DNA from: Chitinophagaceae bacterium
GTDB lineage: Bacteria > Bacteroidota > Bacteroidia > Chitinophagales > Chitinophagaceae
DNA: 64,000 nt
Reading direction: 5' to 3'
Assembly (NCBI GenBank): GCA_041392835.1
Contig: JAWKLF010000003.1
Coordinates: forward strand, 185,786 to 249,785
In this document: piece after piece, positions 29,437 to 38,966 of the stretch
Position numbering within the stretch: position 1 is the first letter of the stretch
How the letters are laid out: every line of letters starts with the position of its first letter
Notes under the pieces: generated by a model
Seen by the model: only the letters and a program-made list of their open reading frames with translations
What the model was told of the DNA's origin: nothing
Databases searched by the model: none
Position numbers and translations under genes: made by a program

Positions 29437-30684
29437 TTAATGAAAGAAAATATAAGCAATAATAATAGCTGATATGATGCCAAGAAAATCGGCCAATAAC
29501 CCTGCCCATACTGCATAGCGTACATTTTTTATGCCTACCGAACCAAAGTATAGTGCTATGATATAAAAAGTAGTATCAGCACTTCCTTGAAATATACTTG
29601 CTAATTTTCCTGGAAAAGAATCGGGTCCTAAGGTTGGATTTTTGGTCACATCATAAATGTCTAATAGTAAACCCCTTGCTCCACTACCACTAAATGGTTT
29701 CATAATGGCCACTGGTAGAGCTTCTACAAAATCGCTATTGATACCCAATGCTAATACAAGTGTTTTAATAGCATGAGTAATATCACCAAGTGCTCCACAC
29801 TCCCGAAAGGCCGCTATAGCTACTAACATGCCTACTAAATATGGCATAATTTTAATAACAACATCCCAGCCTTCTTTTGCACCATCTATAAACGTATCAA
29901 AGACATTTAATTTTTTATATAAGCCACCCATCAAAATAGCTACCACCAAACTAAGCATAATTATATTGCCACTGTGTTTGGTAACTATATTTTTGGTTTC
30001 AAAAGGTAAGTTTTGTATTAATACCAAAATGCCAATTATTAAAACTAATAGCGAGCCTAACCATGTTAGAAGTACTCTGTCAAATTTTAGTTTTTGTTTT
30101 ATGCCTACTATTAAAATGGAAGCCAAGGTAGCTGAAAGCGTAGCCAGCACACAAGGAATAAAAATGCTTGAAGGTTCTAAACTTTTTGCAGCTACACGGT
30201 AACTTATTATTGATAATGGAATTAAAGTAAGTCCGCTGGTGTGCATTACCAAGAACATAATTTGAGCATTAGAAGCTGTGCCTTTAACAGGGTTTAGGTT
30301 TTCTAAGCTTTGCATTGCTTTTAAGCCAAATGGAGTAGCTGCATTATCTAAGCCGAGCATGTTTGCCGAAAAGTTCATAACCATCTCTCCCATGGCAGGA
30401 TGTTTTTCGGGTATATCTGGGAAAAGTCTTTTTAATAATGGATTGAGTTTTCTTGCTATAACATTGATGGCTCCTGCTTGTTCTGCAATTTTCATTAAAC
30501 CTAAAAAAAATATCATAGCACCTGCCAAGGGTATTCCAATATCAACAACTGCTACTTTTGCAGTGTTGAGCATGGATTCTACAATGGTTGTAAATATTTC
30601 AATATTGCCATGCATTATAGACTTTACTAAAGCCACGATAAATGCTACTATAAAAAATGAAATCCATACATAATTGAGAACCAT
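29437..30684 (-). CDS. nucleoside-recognition (Gate) domain membrane protein, SpmA/SpmB-like fusion
   Basis: 415-aa polytopic ORF. N-terminus MVLNYVWISFFIVAFIVALVK is typical of spore-maturation-protein-like Gate-domain proteins. Confidence 0.7.
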   Translation of the reverse strand: MVLNYVWISFFIVAFIVALVKSIMHGNIEIFTTIVESMLNTAKVAVVDIGIPLAGAMIFFLGLMKIAEQAGAINVIARKLNPLLKRLFPDIPEKHPAMGEMVMNFSANMLGLDNAATPFGLKAMQSLENLNPVKGTASNAQIMFLVMHTSGLTLIPLSIISYRVAAKSLEPSSIFIPCVLATLSATLASILIVGIKQKLKFDRVLLTWLGSLLVLIIGILVLIQNLPFETKNIVTKHSGNIIMLSLVVAILMGGLYKKLNVFDTFIDGAKEGWDVVIKIMPYLVGMLVAIAAFRECGALGDITHAIKTLVLALGINSDFVEALPVAIMKPFSGSGARGLLLDIYDVTKNPTLGPDSFPGKLASIFQGSADTTFYIIALYFGSVGIKNVRYAVWAGLLADFLGIISAIIIAYIFFH

Positions 30685-30728
30685 AAAGTACTATTTGATG
30701 TAATAATACAACAAATTAAAAAAAAGCT

Positions 30729-31733
30729 TTAATCACTTTTTAAAAAAGATATTATTTTTTTTAAAAGTACTAAAGGTGGTGTTGGATTATATCCTTTTTT
30801 TAGATTTTCTTTTGCTATTTCGTAGCAATACTTACAATGTTTGACTTGTGTAAAAAATACATCACGGAGTCTTGTATGAGGATCGAATAAATGTGCCACA
30901 TCCGATGTAAGACCATTGAGTTCTAAAATTTTTATAGCATTTCCTTGGTATAAATCAGAAATATTAAACACTTTTAAATCAAAGCGACCATAAAAGAAAC
31001 CATCTATTTCTTGGCTTATGGTGTTAAATGTTTGATGCATTTGTTCATTTATCAAATCATTTCGATTCACAAATTGTGTACCTCTACAATGATTTCCTAT
31101 AGGCTCTATAATTTTTTGTACGCCTTTGTCAAGAATTCTTTGCATATTGATATAAGGTCTTAGACGTTCAATTTGTAATTGAGCTCTGTAATCCATATTC
31201 ATTAGCTCTTCTATGTTATGTACACCATCGCCAACAAGTTCTAAGAATTTTTTTTGTGCTACCGATACTACTTTACCTTGTTTCATGCTTGGTGTTTTTA
31301 CATAGAAAATGCCAAATTCCAAATTGCTTTCAACAAATTCTTGAATCAAATAATTCTCCGATATGCTTGCGTGATAATTATTTAATTCTGTATCACTATG
31401 AATGATTTCAATTTTTCTACCTCTACCACCTATGTCTGGTTTAGCTATTAATGGAAATTCTATCTGTATTAGTGGTAAGGGTTTTTCAAAGTCGATAAAA
31501 TAGGTTTTGGGTAAATAAGTTGCAGGAATATTTTTTAAAATTTCCATTTTGCTCTCTTGTACAAAACCGCTGTCTTCAATATTTGTATTGACTGCTGTAA
31601 ACCATGTCATTTTTCGTAGTAGCAATCCATACCAAAACCAAAGCGGCCATATTGGTATGACTAATAGCCACCATGGCCAATATTCATGATGTTTGATTCC
31701 AAAATATTGTAATAATCCTTTTCTATTCGCCAT
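30729..31733 (-). CDS. membrane-anchored ATP-grasp-like protein
   Basis: 334 aa. N-terminal TM segment (YWPWWLLVIPIWPLWFWYGLLL). LIAKPDIGGRGRKIEII and ILELNG resemble ATP-grasp ligases. 11-nt overlap with the upstream NRDE gene. Confidence 0.5.
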   Translation of the reverse strand: MANRKGLLQYFGIKHHEYWPWWLLVIPIWPLWFWYGLLLRKMTWFTAVNTNIEDSGFVQESKMEILKNIPATYLPKTYFIDFEKPLPLIQIEFPLIAKPDIGGRGRKIEIIHSDTELNNYHASISENYLIQEFVESNLEFGIFYVKTPSMKQGKVVSVAQKKFLELVGDGVHNIEELMNMDYRAQLQIERLRPYINMQRILDKGVQKIIEPIGNHCRGTQFVNRNDLINEQMHQTFNTISQEIDGFFYGRFDLKVFNISDLYQGNAIKILELNGLTSDVAHLFDPHTRLRDVFFTQVKHCKYCYEIAKENLKKGYNPTPPLVLLKKIISFLKSD

Positions 31734-32433
31734 GAAACAGAAATAACTCGTTTTTCTTTTGCTTAAAATCTTCGTAGTAAAAGTATTCTTTATCTTGTAC
31801 TGAGATAAAACTTAAACTGACTGTACTCAAAATATTTTCTCTATTTATTTTTATACCTTCATGAGGCATTTGTTCATACTTATTCGTGTGAAATTTTATG
31901 ATATTTTCCTTTGTAAATACATTTTCTTCAACAAAACGACTAAAATATTTCTTTCTTATTTGTCTTTGAGTTTCTGAATATAATGTTGTAGAGCTCCAAA
32001 TATGTGCTTCTTTGTCATTTAAAATTTCATAATGCAATTTTTCATTATCTAAGGTAATTTGATATAAAAATCTATTTTTCTTTTCTACAACAAGAAGCGT
32101 AAAAGGTTCTATCTGGTCGATATTGTATTGATATAAAAAGTCACTAATATCCTTATATCTTAAAAAATCTAAAATCACATGACCTCGAGAATGTCTATAG
32201 GGTGGTTTTGAAACATGTTTTTGAAAACCGCCATTGAGTAAGCATATAGCATAGTTTTCGTGCAATGCTATCCATGTTCCCAATGCTTTTGTATCAGTTG
32301 GATAAATGGTTTTTTTATTTTCAATCGTTTTGTATTCAGGAAACGATGCTATTGCACGTTCATTCTTTTCATCGCGATTGTGTGTCAGTAAGAAATGTTT
32401 ATTAGGAAGAGGCAGATACGTTACTGTGCACAC
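31723..32433 (-). CDS. NRDE (TANGO2-like) family protein
   Basis: 236 aa. MCTVTYLP...LLTHNRDE is the family-defining N-terminus. GTG start. Confidence 0.75.
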   Translation of the reverse strand: MCTVTYLPLPNKHFLLTHNRDEKNERAIASFPEYKTIENKKTIYPTDTKALGTWIALHENYAICLLNGGFQKHVSKPPYRHSRGHVILDFLRYKDISDFLYQYNIDQIEPFTLLVVEKKNRFLYQITLDNEKLHYEILNDKEAHIWSSTTLYSETQRQIRKKYFSRFVEENVFTKENIIKFHTNKYEQMPHEGIKINRENILSTVSLSFISVQDKEYFYYEDFKQKKNELFLFHGE

Positions 32434-32926
32434 TATTTCTAAAGTTTATAGTTGAAAAGGCAACACCAAAGTCATTTGGAAAACCAATATGTAAAAAATT
32501 TTCTTTACAAGCCATTTTTAAAATGGCCATATGATGAATGGAGTGTTCGATGACGTATAGGAGTTCTCTTTTTATTGTAGTTTGAATTGCAGTTTTTTGA
32601 TTCTTAAATAAATTAAGATGTAAATTTATTTTTTTATCTTCTTGAAATAAATTGAAATCTTGTAAACAATTTTCTATGCTTTGTATAGCAAAATTTAAGT
32701 TAGTTTCTGTAAGCGTATTTCGCTCTCGCTCATCATAATTAATATTTCCTTGTAACATACCGTTTACTATACACTGATAAAATTCTATTATATGTCTGGT
32801 ATGCATACCTATAGTGCTATCTGATAGAATAGGCAAGGGCTTAATAAATTCATCAGTAGATAAAAGGTTTAAAAAATCTTTTAATTGATGTAAATTATGT
32901 TTTGCAGATTGAACAAGTATATCCAT
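32402..32926 (-). CDS. DinB-superfamily protein
   Basis: 174 aa. His triad pattern (HTRHIIEFYQC ... IEHSIHHMAIL) of the DinB/YfiT fold. Confidence 0.7.
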   Translation of the reverse strand: MDILVQSAKHNLHQLKDFLNLLSTDEFIKPLPILSDSTIGMHTRHIIEFYQCIVNGMLQGNINYDERERNTLTETNLNFAIQSIENCLQDFNLFQEDKKINLHLNLFKNQKTAIQTTIKRELLYVIEHSIHHMAILKMACKENFLHIGFPNDFGVAFSTINFRNSVHSNVSASS

Positions 32927-32929
32927 ATA

Positions 32930-33466
32930 TTAATTAGCAGTAGCTGTAGTGGAAATAGTAATAGTTACAATATCATTCATTGTCATACTTTTTCCGCCTA
33001 CATTCCAATCATTTCGGTTGATTTTAAAATTGGTTGATAATAATAATTCTTTATTTTGAACTTTAGAAGTCAGCGTTGTTTTAAATCGTTTAGTAATGCC
33101 TTTGATAGTTAGGTTCCATGTAACTTCATATGTGTTTGCATCTTTTTTTTCTATGTTCACAGATTTCATTGTGATGGTTGGAAAATTTGCTACATCAAAG
33201 AATTCCTTTTTTTCTGTAAGATGTTTATCTCTAAGATTAATGCCAGTATTTATTGAGCTTGCTTGTATAATGCCAATAAAATTGGAGTGTTCGAGGTCAT
33301 TAGGATTAAATTGAATTTTTGCATCTATTTTAGAGAAGTTCCCATTTACTTTTACACCTAAATTTTTTAATGTAAATCCTACACTTGTATTTTTGGCAAC
33401 ATGGTATTGGCTATGCGATAGCATAGAGCTACTTATAATAAGAAGCGTGATTAGTATATATTTCAT
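32930..33466 (-). CDS. YceI-family periplasmic protein
   Basis: ORF trimmed to ATG 33466 (MKYILITLLIISSSMLSHSQ). INLRDKHLTEKKEFFDVANFPTITMKS is the YceI signature. Confidence 0.8.
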   Translation of the reverse strand: MKYILITLLIISSSMLSHSQYHVAKNTSVGFTLKNLGVKVNGNFSKIDAKIQFNPNDLEHSNFIGIIQASSINTGINLRDKHLTEKKEFFDVANFPTITMKSVNIEKKDANTYEVTWNLTIKGITKRFKTTLTSKVQNKELLLSTNFKINRNDWNVGGKSMTMNDIVTITISTTATAN

Positions 33467-33496
33467 AGTATTTAGAATTTTTGTGGACAAAAAAGT

Positions 33497-34258
33497 TTAG
33501 TTTTTCTTATTAAAAACATAGTTAAAACCTATGCCAAACATAAAAGCTTTTTTTCTATATCTATCAGTATTGATAAGTGTACTTTTTGTATTTGTGTAGC
33601 TCACAGGATTTTCTACTGTATATTCGTTGAACAAAAACACTGGGCCTGCTTTAAGTTTTATGTTATCTTTTAGCTGATACGAAATCATAAATTCAGAGTT
33701 TAAAGATCCTTTATCGTTGTCGCTTATTAAAAGCACATTAGGCGAAGTGGGTTTAGCAGTTGTTGTTTTAGTGCCATATATACCATCCCCATAGTTTATT
33801 GTAGCTGTTTTATTGCCACCAAAAGATGCGCCAATTAAGTCTATATTAAATTCTACTGCCCATTTTTTATATGCTTTATAGTGCAGAGCTAAGAATAGAT
33901 TGAAAGCGTTAACTTGTGTATTATTGAGAAAAACGGTATCAATGTTTTCAACTACTTGATCAGAGAAAAATACACCAGGTCCAGTTTTGCCGCTTGTTAG
34001 ATTTGCTGGAGCTGTAATATAGTTTAAATTACTACTTCCAAAACTACTCGTTAGGCGTATGCCTAATCCTATATTCATTTTTCTTTGTTTTTTTCCTAAG
34101 CCCCAATATTGGTGTATGTCTAAACCTACTGCACTCATGCAACCATTACTTGATAAAGTAAGTCCTCCTTCTAAAGGTGTTCGTTTAAAAAAGGGATTGG
34201 ATTGTGCATAATTTTGAAATGAAGAGATTGCAAAGAGTACAAAGAGAATTTTTTTCAT
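33497..34258 (-). CDS. putative outer-membrane beta-barrel protein
   Basis: 253 aa, signal peptide MKKILFVLFAISSFQNYAQ. Alternating hydrophobic pattern with a C-terminal aromatic residue (GFNYVFNKKN). Confidence 0.5.
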   Translation of the reverse strand: MKKILFVLFAISSFQNYAQSNPFFKRTPLEGGLTLSSNGCMSAVGLDIHQYWGLGKKQRKMNIGLGIRLTSSFGSSNLNYITAPANLTSGKTGPGVFFSDQVVENIDTVFLNNTQVNAFNLFLALHYKAYKKWAVEFNIDLIGASFGGNKTATINYGDGIYGTKTTTAKPTSPNVLLISDNDKGSLNSEFMISYQLKDNIKLKAGPVFLFNEYTVENPVSYTNTKSTLINTDRYRKKAFMFGIGFNYVFNKKN

Positions 34259-34259
34259 A

Positions 34260-34925
34260 TTACTTTTTTATTTTTTCTTTAAATATAGTTTTAAATTTTT
34301 CTAATTTAGGTGCTATCACATATTGGCAGTAGCCCTGTGTTGCATTTTCGTTATAATAGTTTTGATGATAATCTTCAGCTGGATAAAATTGTTTTAAAGG
34401 ACTAATTTCTGTTACAACTTCTGTATTATATATACGCTCTGTATTAAGTTTTTGTTTGTATTGCTCAGCTATTTGTTTTTGATATGCATTTCTATAAAAA
34501 ATAACAGAACGATATTGTGTGCCTACGTCATTTCCTTGTCGATTATGTTGTGTTGGATCGTGCGCTTGCCAAAACGCATACAAAATTTCTTCGTAGCTAA
34601 TCATGTTAGGTTTATAAATCAGTTGTATTACTTCAGCATGACCGCTTGTTCCGTTGCAAACATCTTTATAGGATGGTTTTTTTGTATGTCCCCCTGCATA
34701 TCCTGATTGCACATGTATTACACCTTCAAGTTGTTGTAGTTGGGCCTCTATACACCAAAAACAACCACCTCCCAAAACAATAGTATCAATTTCTAATGAT
34801 GGGTTTACTATATGTTGAATTGTATTCTCAGCTTGTTCGCTATTCTGATTTTGATGCGTTGTTTGAGCCCCACAGGCTACAAACATCAGAGATAATACGG
34901 TCAATATATAAATGGTTTTTGTCAT
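34260..34925 (-). CDS. msrA: peptide-methionine (S)-S-oxide reductase MsrA, exported (lipoprotein-type signal)
   Basis: 221 aa. Lipobox-like LMFVACGAQ, then the GGGCFWC active-site motif. Confidence 0.9.
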   Translation of the reverse strand: MTKTIYILTVLSLMFVACGAQTTHQNQNSEQAENTIQHIVNPSLEIDTIVLGGGCFWCIEAQLQQLEGVIHVQSGYAGGHTKKPSYKDVCNGTSGHAEVIQLIYKPNMISYEEILYAFWQAHDPTQHNRQGNDVGTQYRSVIFYRNAYQKQIAEQYKQKLNTERIYNTEVVTEISPLKQFYPAEDYHQNYYNENATQGYCQYVIAPKLEKFKTIFKEKIKK

Positions 34926-35812
34926 TTTTGTTCAAAATCAAGTATTACAGAATTTATACAATATCGTTTGTAGGTGGGTGGTGGTCCATCATCAAAGACG
35001 TGTCCAAGGTGTGCTTCACATCGACCGCATTGTACTTCGGTTCTATTCATACCATGCGAATGGTCTTCTTTATAAAGCAAACTCTCTTTGTGTATGGGTT
35101 CAAAAAATGAAGGCCAACCACAACTGCTTTCAAATTTCCCGTCCGATAAAAAAAGAGCATTTCCACACGCTTTGCATCTGTACATACCATTTTCAAAGTG
35201 GTTCCAATATTGTCCCGAAAAGGGTCTTTCAGTTCCTTTTTGTCGAGCAATATTGTAAGTTGTTTCGTCTAAATTATTTTTCCATTCTTCGTCATTCACA
35301 TTGATTTTTGTAGTGTCTGTTTTATCGAAAAATTTGTTGTTCATGTTTGTCTGTTGTTTTTGAGCAGTGCTACATTGGGTTAAAGATAGTGCTAAACTAA
35401 GCATGAAAAGAAATGAAAATTTATATCTGTTATAGATAAATTCATTTTTAATTTTTTTTCTTTCTATAAAAAGGTATAGTATGCAAGCGATAAAAACAAT
35501 ATTGGCATAATAAAATAAGACGGCATCACCATCTACCATAATACCTAAACTTGTAAGATGAAAAAATAGAGCCCCCATTATTATGAATAAGCTTAATACA
35601 ACACCTTTCAGACTAAATCTCGGTATCAGTATAAGTATAGAAGCTATCAATTCTGCAATGCCTGTAGCTATTCTTCCATAGGGTTCTAAGCCTATTTTGC
35701 TAAATATATAAACTGATTGAGGATGAGCAGAAAATTTAAAATATAAGGTTTGAAGTAATATCAATGCTATTACTAATTTTAAAATCCATTTAATAATTAC
35801 TATGCTATTCAT
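34922..35812 (-). CDS. msrB: DoxX-family membrane domain fused to peptide-methionine (R)-S-oxide reductase MsrB
   Basis: ORF trimmed to ATG 35812. The N-terminal ~125 aa are DoxX-like (LLQTLYFKFSAHP...GIAELIASILILIP). An internal lipobox-like segment follows (FLFMLSLALSLTQCS). The MsrB domain has zinc cysteines CKACGNALF and QCGRCEAHLGHVFDDGP plus GWPSF. Confidence 0.85.
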   Translation of the reverse strand: MNSIVIIKWILKLVIALILLQTLYFKFSAHPQSVYIFSKIGLEPYGRIATGIAELIASILILIPRFSLKGVVLSLFIIMGALFFHLTSLGIMVDGDAVLFYYANIVFIACILYLFIERKKIKNEFIYNRYKFSFLFMLSLALSLTQCSTAQKQQTNMNNKFFDKTDTTKINVNDEEWKNNLDETTYNIARQKGTERPFSGQYWNHFENGMYRCKACGNALFLSDGKFESSCGWPSFFEPIHKESLLYKEDHSHGMNRTEVQCGRCEAHLGHVFDDGPPPTYKRYCINSVILDFEQK

Positions 35813-35814
35813 TA

Positions 35815-36249
35815 TTACTGGTAGTAAGGTTTTATCCAAGTCAAAAATTCTGTTTTAGACATACCACCACTACGTTTAGCCAATTCTACTCCTTGATTGT
35901 TAATAATTATAAATGTTGGAAAACTTTGACCACCATACTCATTAAAATAAGGTTTTCCATAGTCTTTATCGCCATCTATAAGACTTATGATAAGTTGACT
36001 ATTGATTTCGGATTCTACATTGGCATCTGTTAATACTGTAGATAAAAATGTGTTGCAGATGTTACACCAGCTTGCATGAAAAATAACACATACATTTTTT
36101 TGATTTGAGGTTGCTTTCAATAGTGCCGCATTCCAATCTTCATGTATAATACTGACTTTATAGTCTGATAGCGATGGCTCTTTTACCTTTTTTTGGCATG
36201 ATGTAAACGCAATAAAAATAGTAGCAATGAGGACTAAGTGTTTTTTCAT
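35815..36249 (-). CDS. thioredoxin-fold lipoprotein
   Basis: ORF trimmed to ATG 36249 (MKKHLVLIATIFIAFTSCQ lipobox). Redox motif FHASWCNICN. Confidence 0.7.
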   Translation of the reverse strand: MKKHLVLIATIFIAFTSCQKKVKEPSLSDYKVSIIHEDWNAALLKATSNQKNVCVIFHASWCNICNTFLSTVLTDANVESEINSQLIISLIDGDKDYGKPYFNEYGGQSFPTFIIINNQGVELAKRSGGMSKTEFLTWIKPYYQ

Positions 36250-36301
36250 ATGTAATTTTTTAGAGAAAAGAATCAATAATTAATTAGCATAGTCGAAAAA
36301 A

Positions 36302-36571
36302 CTATCGATTACTTACAAGTTGATTAATTTTTTCTTGCAATGAATGTTTTTCAGCGTTAGACATCGAAATGTTTGAATATTTAAACATGTTTTTTAACGA
36401 TTCATGTAATATGCCAATTTGCTTATAGAATGCGTAGCAAACAGGGCATAGTTTAATGTGTAAAAACAATTTGAATCGCTCTGAAAATTTTAGTTTATTA
36501 TCTTGAGATTTACTTGTCAATAGGCTTGCTTCTTGACATGTAATCATTAAACTTTGTATAATTTTCTTCAT
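36302..36571 (-). CDS. putative anti-sigma factor (small, Cys-containing)
   Basis: 89 aa. 4-nt overlap with the ECF sigma gene. CQEASLL...HIKLCPVCYAFY resembles zinc-binding anti-sigma domains. Confidence 0.5.
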   Translation of the reverse strand: MKKIIQSLMITCQEASLLTSKSQDNKLKFSERFKLFLHIKLCPVCYAFYKQIGILHESLKNMFKYSNISMSNAEKHSLQEKINQLVSNR

Positions 36572-37146
36572 TTTTTAAACCAATTTAACTCTATACATTT
36601 TCTAAGTAATAGATTAATTCTGTGTAGGATTACCCAATAGTTAGACTTAGAAATGTTAAATTCCTTACAAATTTTTTCTGTACTATTTTCTTCAAAATAT
36701 TTTTCTTGCAATAGGCCCTGTTGTGTAGGATTAAGTTTCTCTACACATTGTCGCAAAACTTGGTAGTATTCTTTTTCTTCTATTTTATCCAAGGCATTCT
36801 TTTCCCATGCCTGGGGTAATTCATTTTCTTTCCATTGGCCTATTTCTCCTTCAGTGTTTTTGAAAAAAAGAAAACTATTGTCTTCATATAATTCTTGTTC
36901 TTCTATATAATTTTTTCTTCCTTTTTTTCTGTATTCGTCAATTATTTTATTTTTAAGAATACTAGTTAGCCACGTTTTTTCAGAGCTGTTTCCTTTAAAT
37001 TGTTGTTTGGATTTAATGGCTGAAAAAAAAGTTTCCTGAACTAAATCTTGTGCCAACTCCAATTGATTAATACGCATCATAGCAAAACGCAATAAATAAT
37101 CAGCATAGTTATCTGCCCATTTCTCTGGATTTAATACATATTCCAT
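36568..37146 (-). CDS. ECF-type RNA polymerase sigma-70 family factor
   Basis: ORF trimmed to ATG 37146. Region 2 (AQDLVQETFFSAI) and region 4 HTH (EKICKEFNISKSNYWVILHRINLLLRK). Confidence 0.8.
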   Translation of the reverse strand: MEYVLNPEKWADNYADYLLRFAMMRINQLELAQDLVQETFFSAIKSKQQFKGNSSEKTWLTSILKNKIIDEYRKKGRKNYIEEQELYEDNSFLFFKNTEGEIGQWKENELPQAWEKNALDKIEEKEYYQVLRQCVEKLNPTQQGLLQEKYFEENSTEKICKEFNISKSNYWVILHRINLLLRKCIELNWFKK

Positions 37147-37183
37147 GAAAAGCAAATATATAAGATAAAAGTCTAAAAAACAC

Positions 37184-38287
37184 TTAGCCAAAGGGCTTCC
37201 CATGAGAAAGTCGAATGAGTGTCTTACGAAGCCATGCACTGCGTTTGGCTATATAAAAAAATAAAATCGTAAGTATAGGGATACAAAAAAAAATTTGTAA
37301 TAAACTCCCAAAATATATTCTATGTTTAAACATGATATTCCAAATTTTGACGTATTTGTGTTTTGCTTGTGCTATTGAAATTTGCTTATTCAAGTACATA
37401 CTTAAAATTTTATTTAGTTCATAGGCGCTCCTTAATGCATTACTCATGCCATTGCCAGTCAAAGGTGCAATACTACCTGCACTATCGCCAAGATAAAAAA
37501 CGCCATCAAAAACTGCTTTTTTGGGTTTGAACACAATATTGGAAATAGTAATTGGTTTTTCAAATTGTGATTGGCTATTTTCAAAAATATTTTTCAAAAA
37601 TTTATTTTTGTAAAGAACATTTTTTTCTAAGTTTGAAATATTGTTTTGATAAGCTTGTAATTGATTTGAAGTGGTCATGTAACAAAGGCAATAATTATCT
37701 TTTTCGATTTTTGAAAATCCACAGTAGCCTTCTTTAAAGGCATGTAGCGAGATATTGGATGCATCAAAATTTCCTTTTACATGGTATTTAACAGCCAACC
37801 ATTTTGATTTTTTACTTTTGTTTGGATAAAAAGTATTAAAGGAATATCTGCCAAAAGAAGCACATAGTATTTCACTTTGAAAGTTTTCATTATTAGTTTT
37901 AACAATAAAACAGTTTTCTTTTTTTTCATAACCCATGCATGTTGTTCCTTCTAAAAGATGTACGCCGTTTTGCTTGGCTTGTTTAGCAAGTTGAGCATCT
38001 ATGTTGTAGCGACTAATGCCGATACCGCCTAAATCTAAATTTTCTTTTATTTGAGTTTTGTTATGACTTAAAACAAGTTTATTTATTGGAACGGCTTCAG
38101 CCAAATCGATGCCTAATGTCTGAAGAAAAGCAAAACTTTCATTTGAAATATATTCACCACAAACTTTATGAAAAGGGTATGTTTTTTTTTCAAGGACTAA
38201 AACGGAGTATCCTTGTTTTGCAAGTAATATGCTTAGGCTTAATCCGGCTAATCCTCCTCCAATTATTATACTATCATATGTTTTCAT
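37184..38287 (-). CDS. FAD-dependent oxidoreductase (geranylgeranyl-reductase / aromatic hydroxylase-like)
   Basis: 367 aa. Dinucleotide-binding YDSIIIGGGLAGLSLSILLAKQGYSVLVLEKK. GDSAG motif (FYLGDSAGSIAPLTGNG). Confidence 0.8.
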   Translation of the reverse strand: MKTYDSIIIGGGLAGLSLSILLAKQGYSVLVLEKKTYPFHKVCGEYISNESFAFLQTLGIDLAEAVPINKLVLSHNKTQIKENLDLGGIGISRYNIDAQLAKQAKQNGVHLLEGTTCMGYEKKENCFIVKTNNENFQSEILCASFGRYSFNTFYPNKSKKSKWLAVKYHVKGNFDASNISLHAFKEGYCGFSKIEKDNYCLCYMTTSNQLQAYQNNISNLEKNVLYKNKFLKNIFENSQSQFEKPITISNIVFKPKKAVFDGVFYLGDSAGSIAPLTGNGMSNALRSAYELNKILSMYLNKQISIAQAKHKYVKIWNIMFKHRIYFGSLLQIFFCIPILTILFFYIAKRSAWLRKTLIRLSHGKPFG

Positions 38288-38966
38288 GCGAATAGCTTAT
38301 TAAATATCTAAATGCCCATTTCCATTGAATTCTAAAAGGAATATGACTTTGTTGGCTAATGTAAATCCAGTCTTGCTTCTTAAATGATCTGGCTACAGAT
38401 AATGGGGCATCATTTTTTACTAAATACGAAGTAGAAAAAAGTGAAGTAAGTAATTTGATGCTATAATATGCAAGCGTGGAGCGATGCAAATCATTGATAA
38501 AAAAACCAAGCACACTGTTTTGATACATCCATTTTAATTGTTCTATCAATTCTTCTGTTGAAAAATGATGACAAAATAATGAACTAAAAATAATGTCAGG
38601 TTTTTGTTCAAACTCATAGGTTTTATAATCATGATGAATAATATGAAAAGTTGGATTTTGAATTTGAGCATACTCACAAATAGATTTTTGAATGTCTAGG
38701 CCCGTCAATTTTGTTTCTATATTTATTTTTTTGCAATACATCTGAATGGCTTTCAAATTGTCGCCACCTCCACAGCCTATTTCTACTATGTGCAATTTGG
38801 TTTTTTGTTTTCTTATTTTGTTTAGTCCAGCTATACTTATAGCATGACCACCTAAGTATGTATTAATAGTGTTTAATTCATACATATTTTGAACAATATC
38901 TTCATAACCCAAATTTTCTCCATCAAGAAGTTCTAATTGTGTACTACGTTTCGAAAAGTCTAACAT
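38274..38966 (-). CDS. class I SAM-dependent methyltransferase
   Basis: 230 aa. Motif I VEIGCGGGDN. Overlaps both neighbours (7 nt and 14 nt). Confidence 0.8.
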   Translation of the reverse strand: MLDFSKRSTQLELLDGENLGYEDIVQNMYELNTINTYLGGHAISIAGLNKIRKQKTKLHIVEIGCGGGDNLKAIQMYCKKINIETKLTGLDIQKSICEYAQIQNPTFHIIHHDYKTYEFEQKPDIIFSSLFCHHFSTEELIEQLKWMYQNSVLGFFINDLHRSTLAYYSIKLLTSLFSTSYLVKNDAPLSVARSFKKQDWIYISQQSHIPFRIQWKWAFRYLISYSHENI

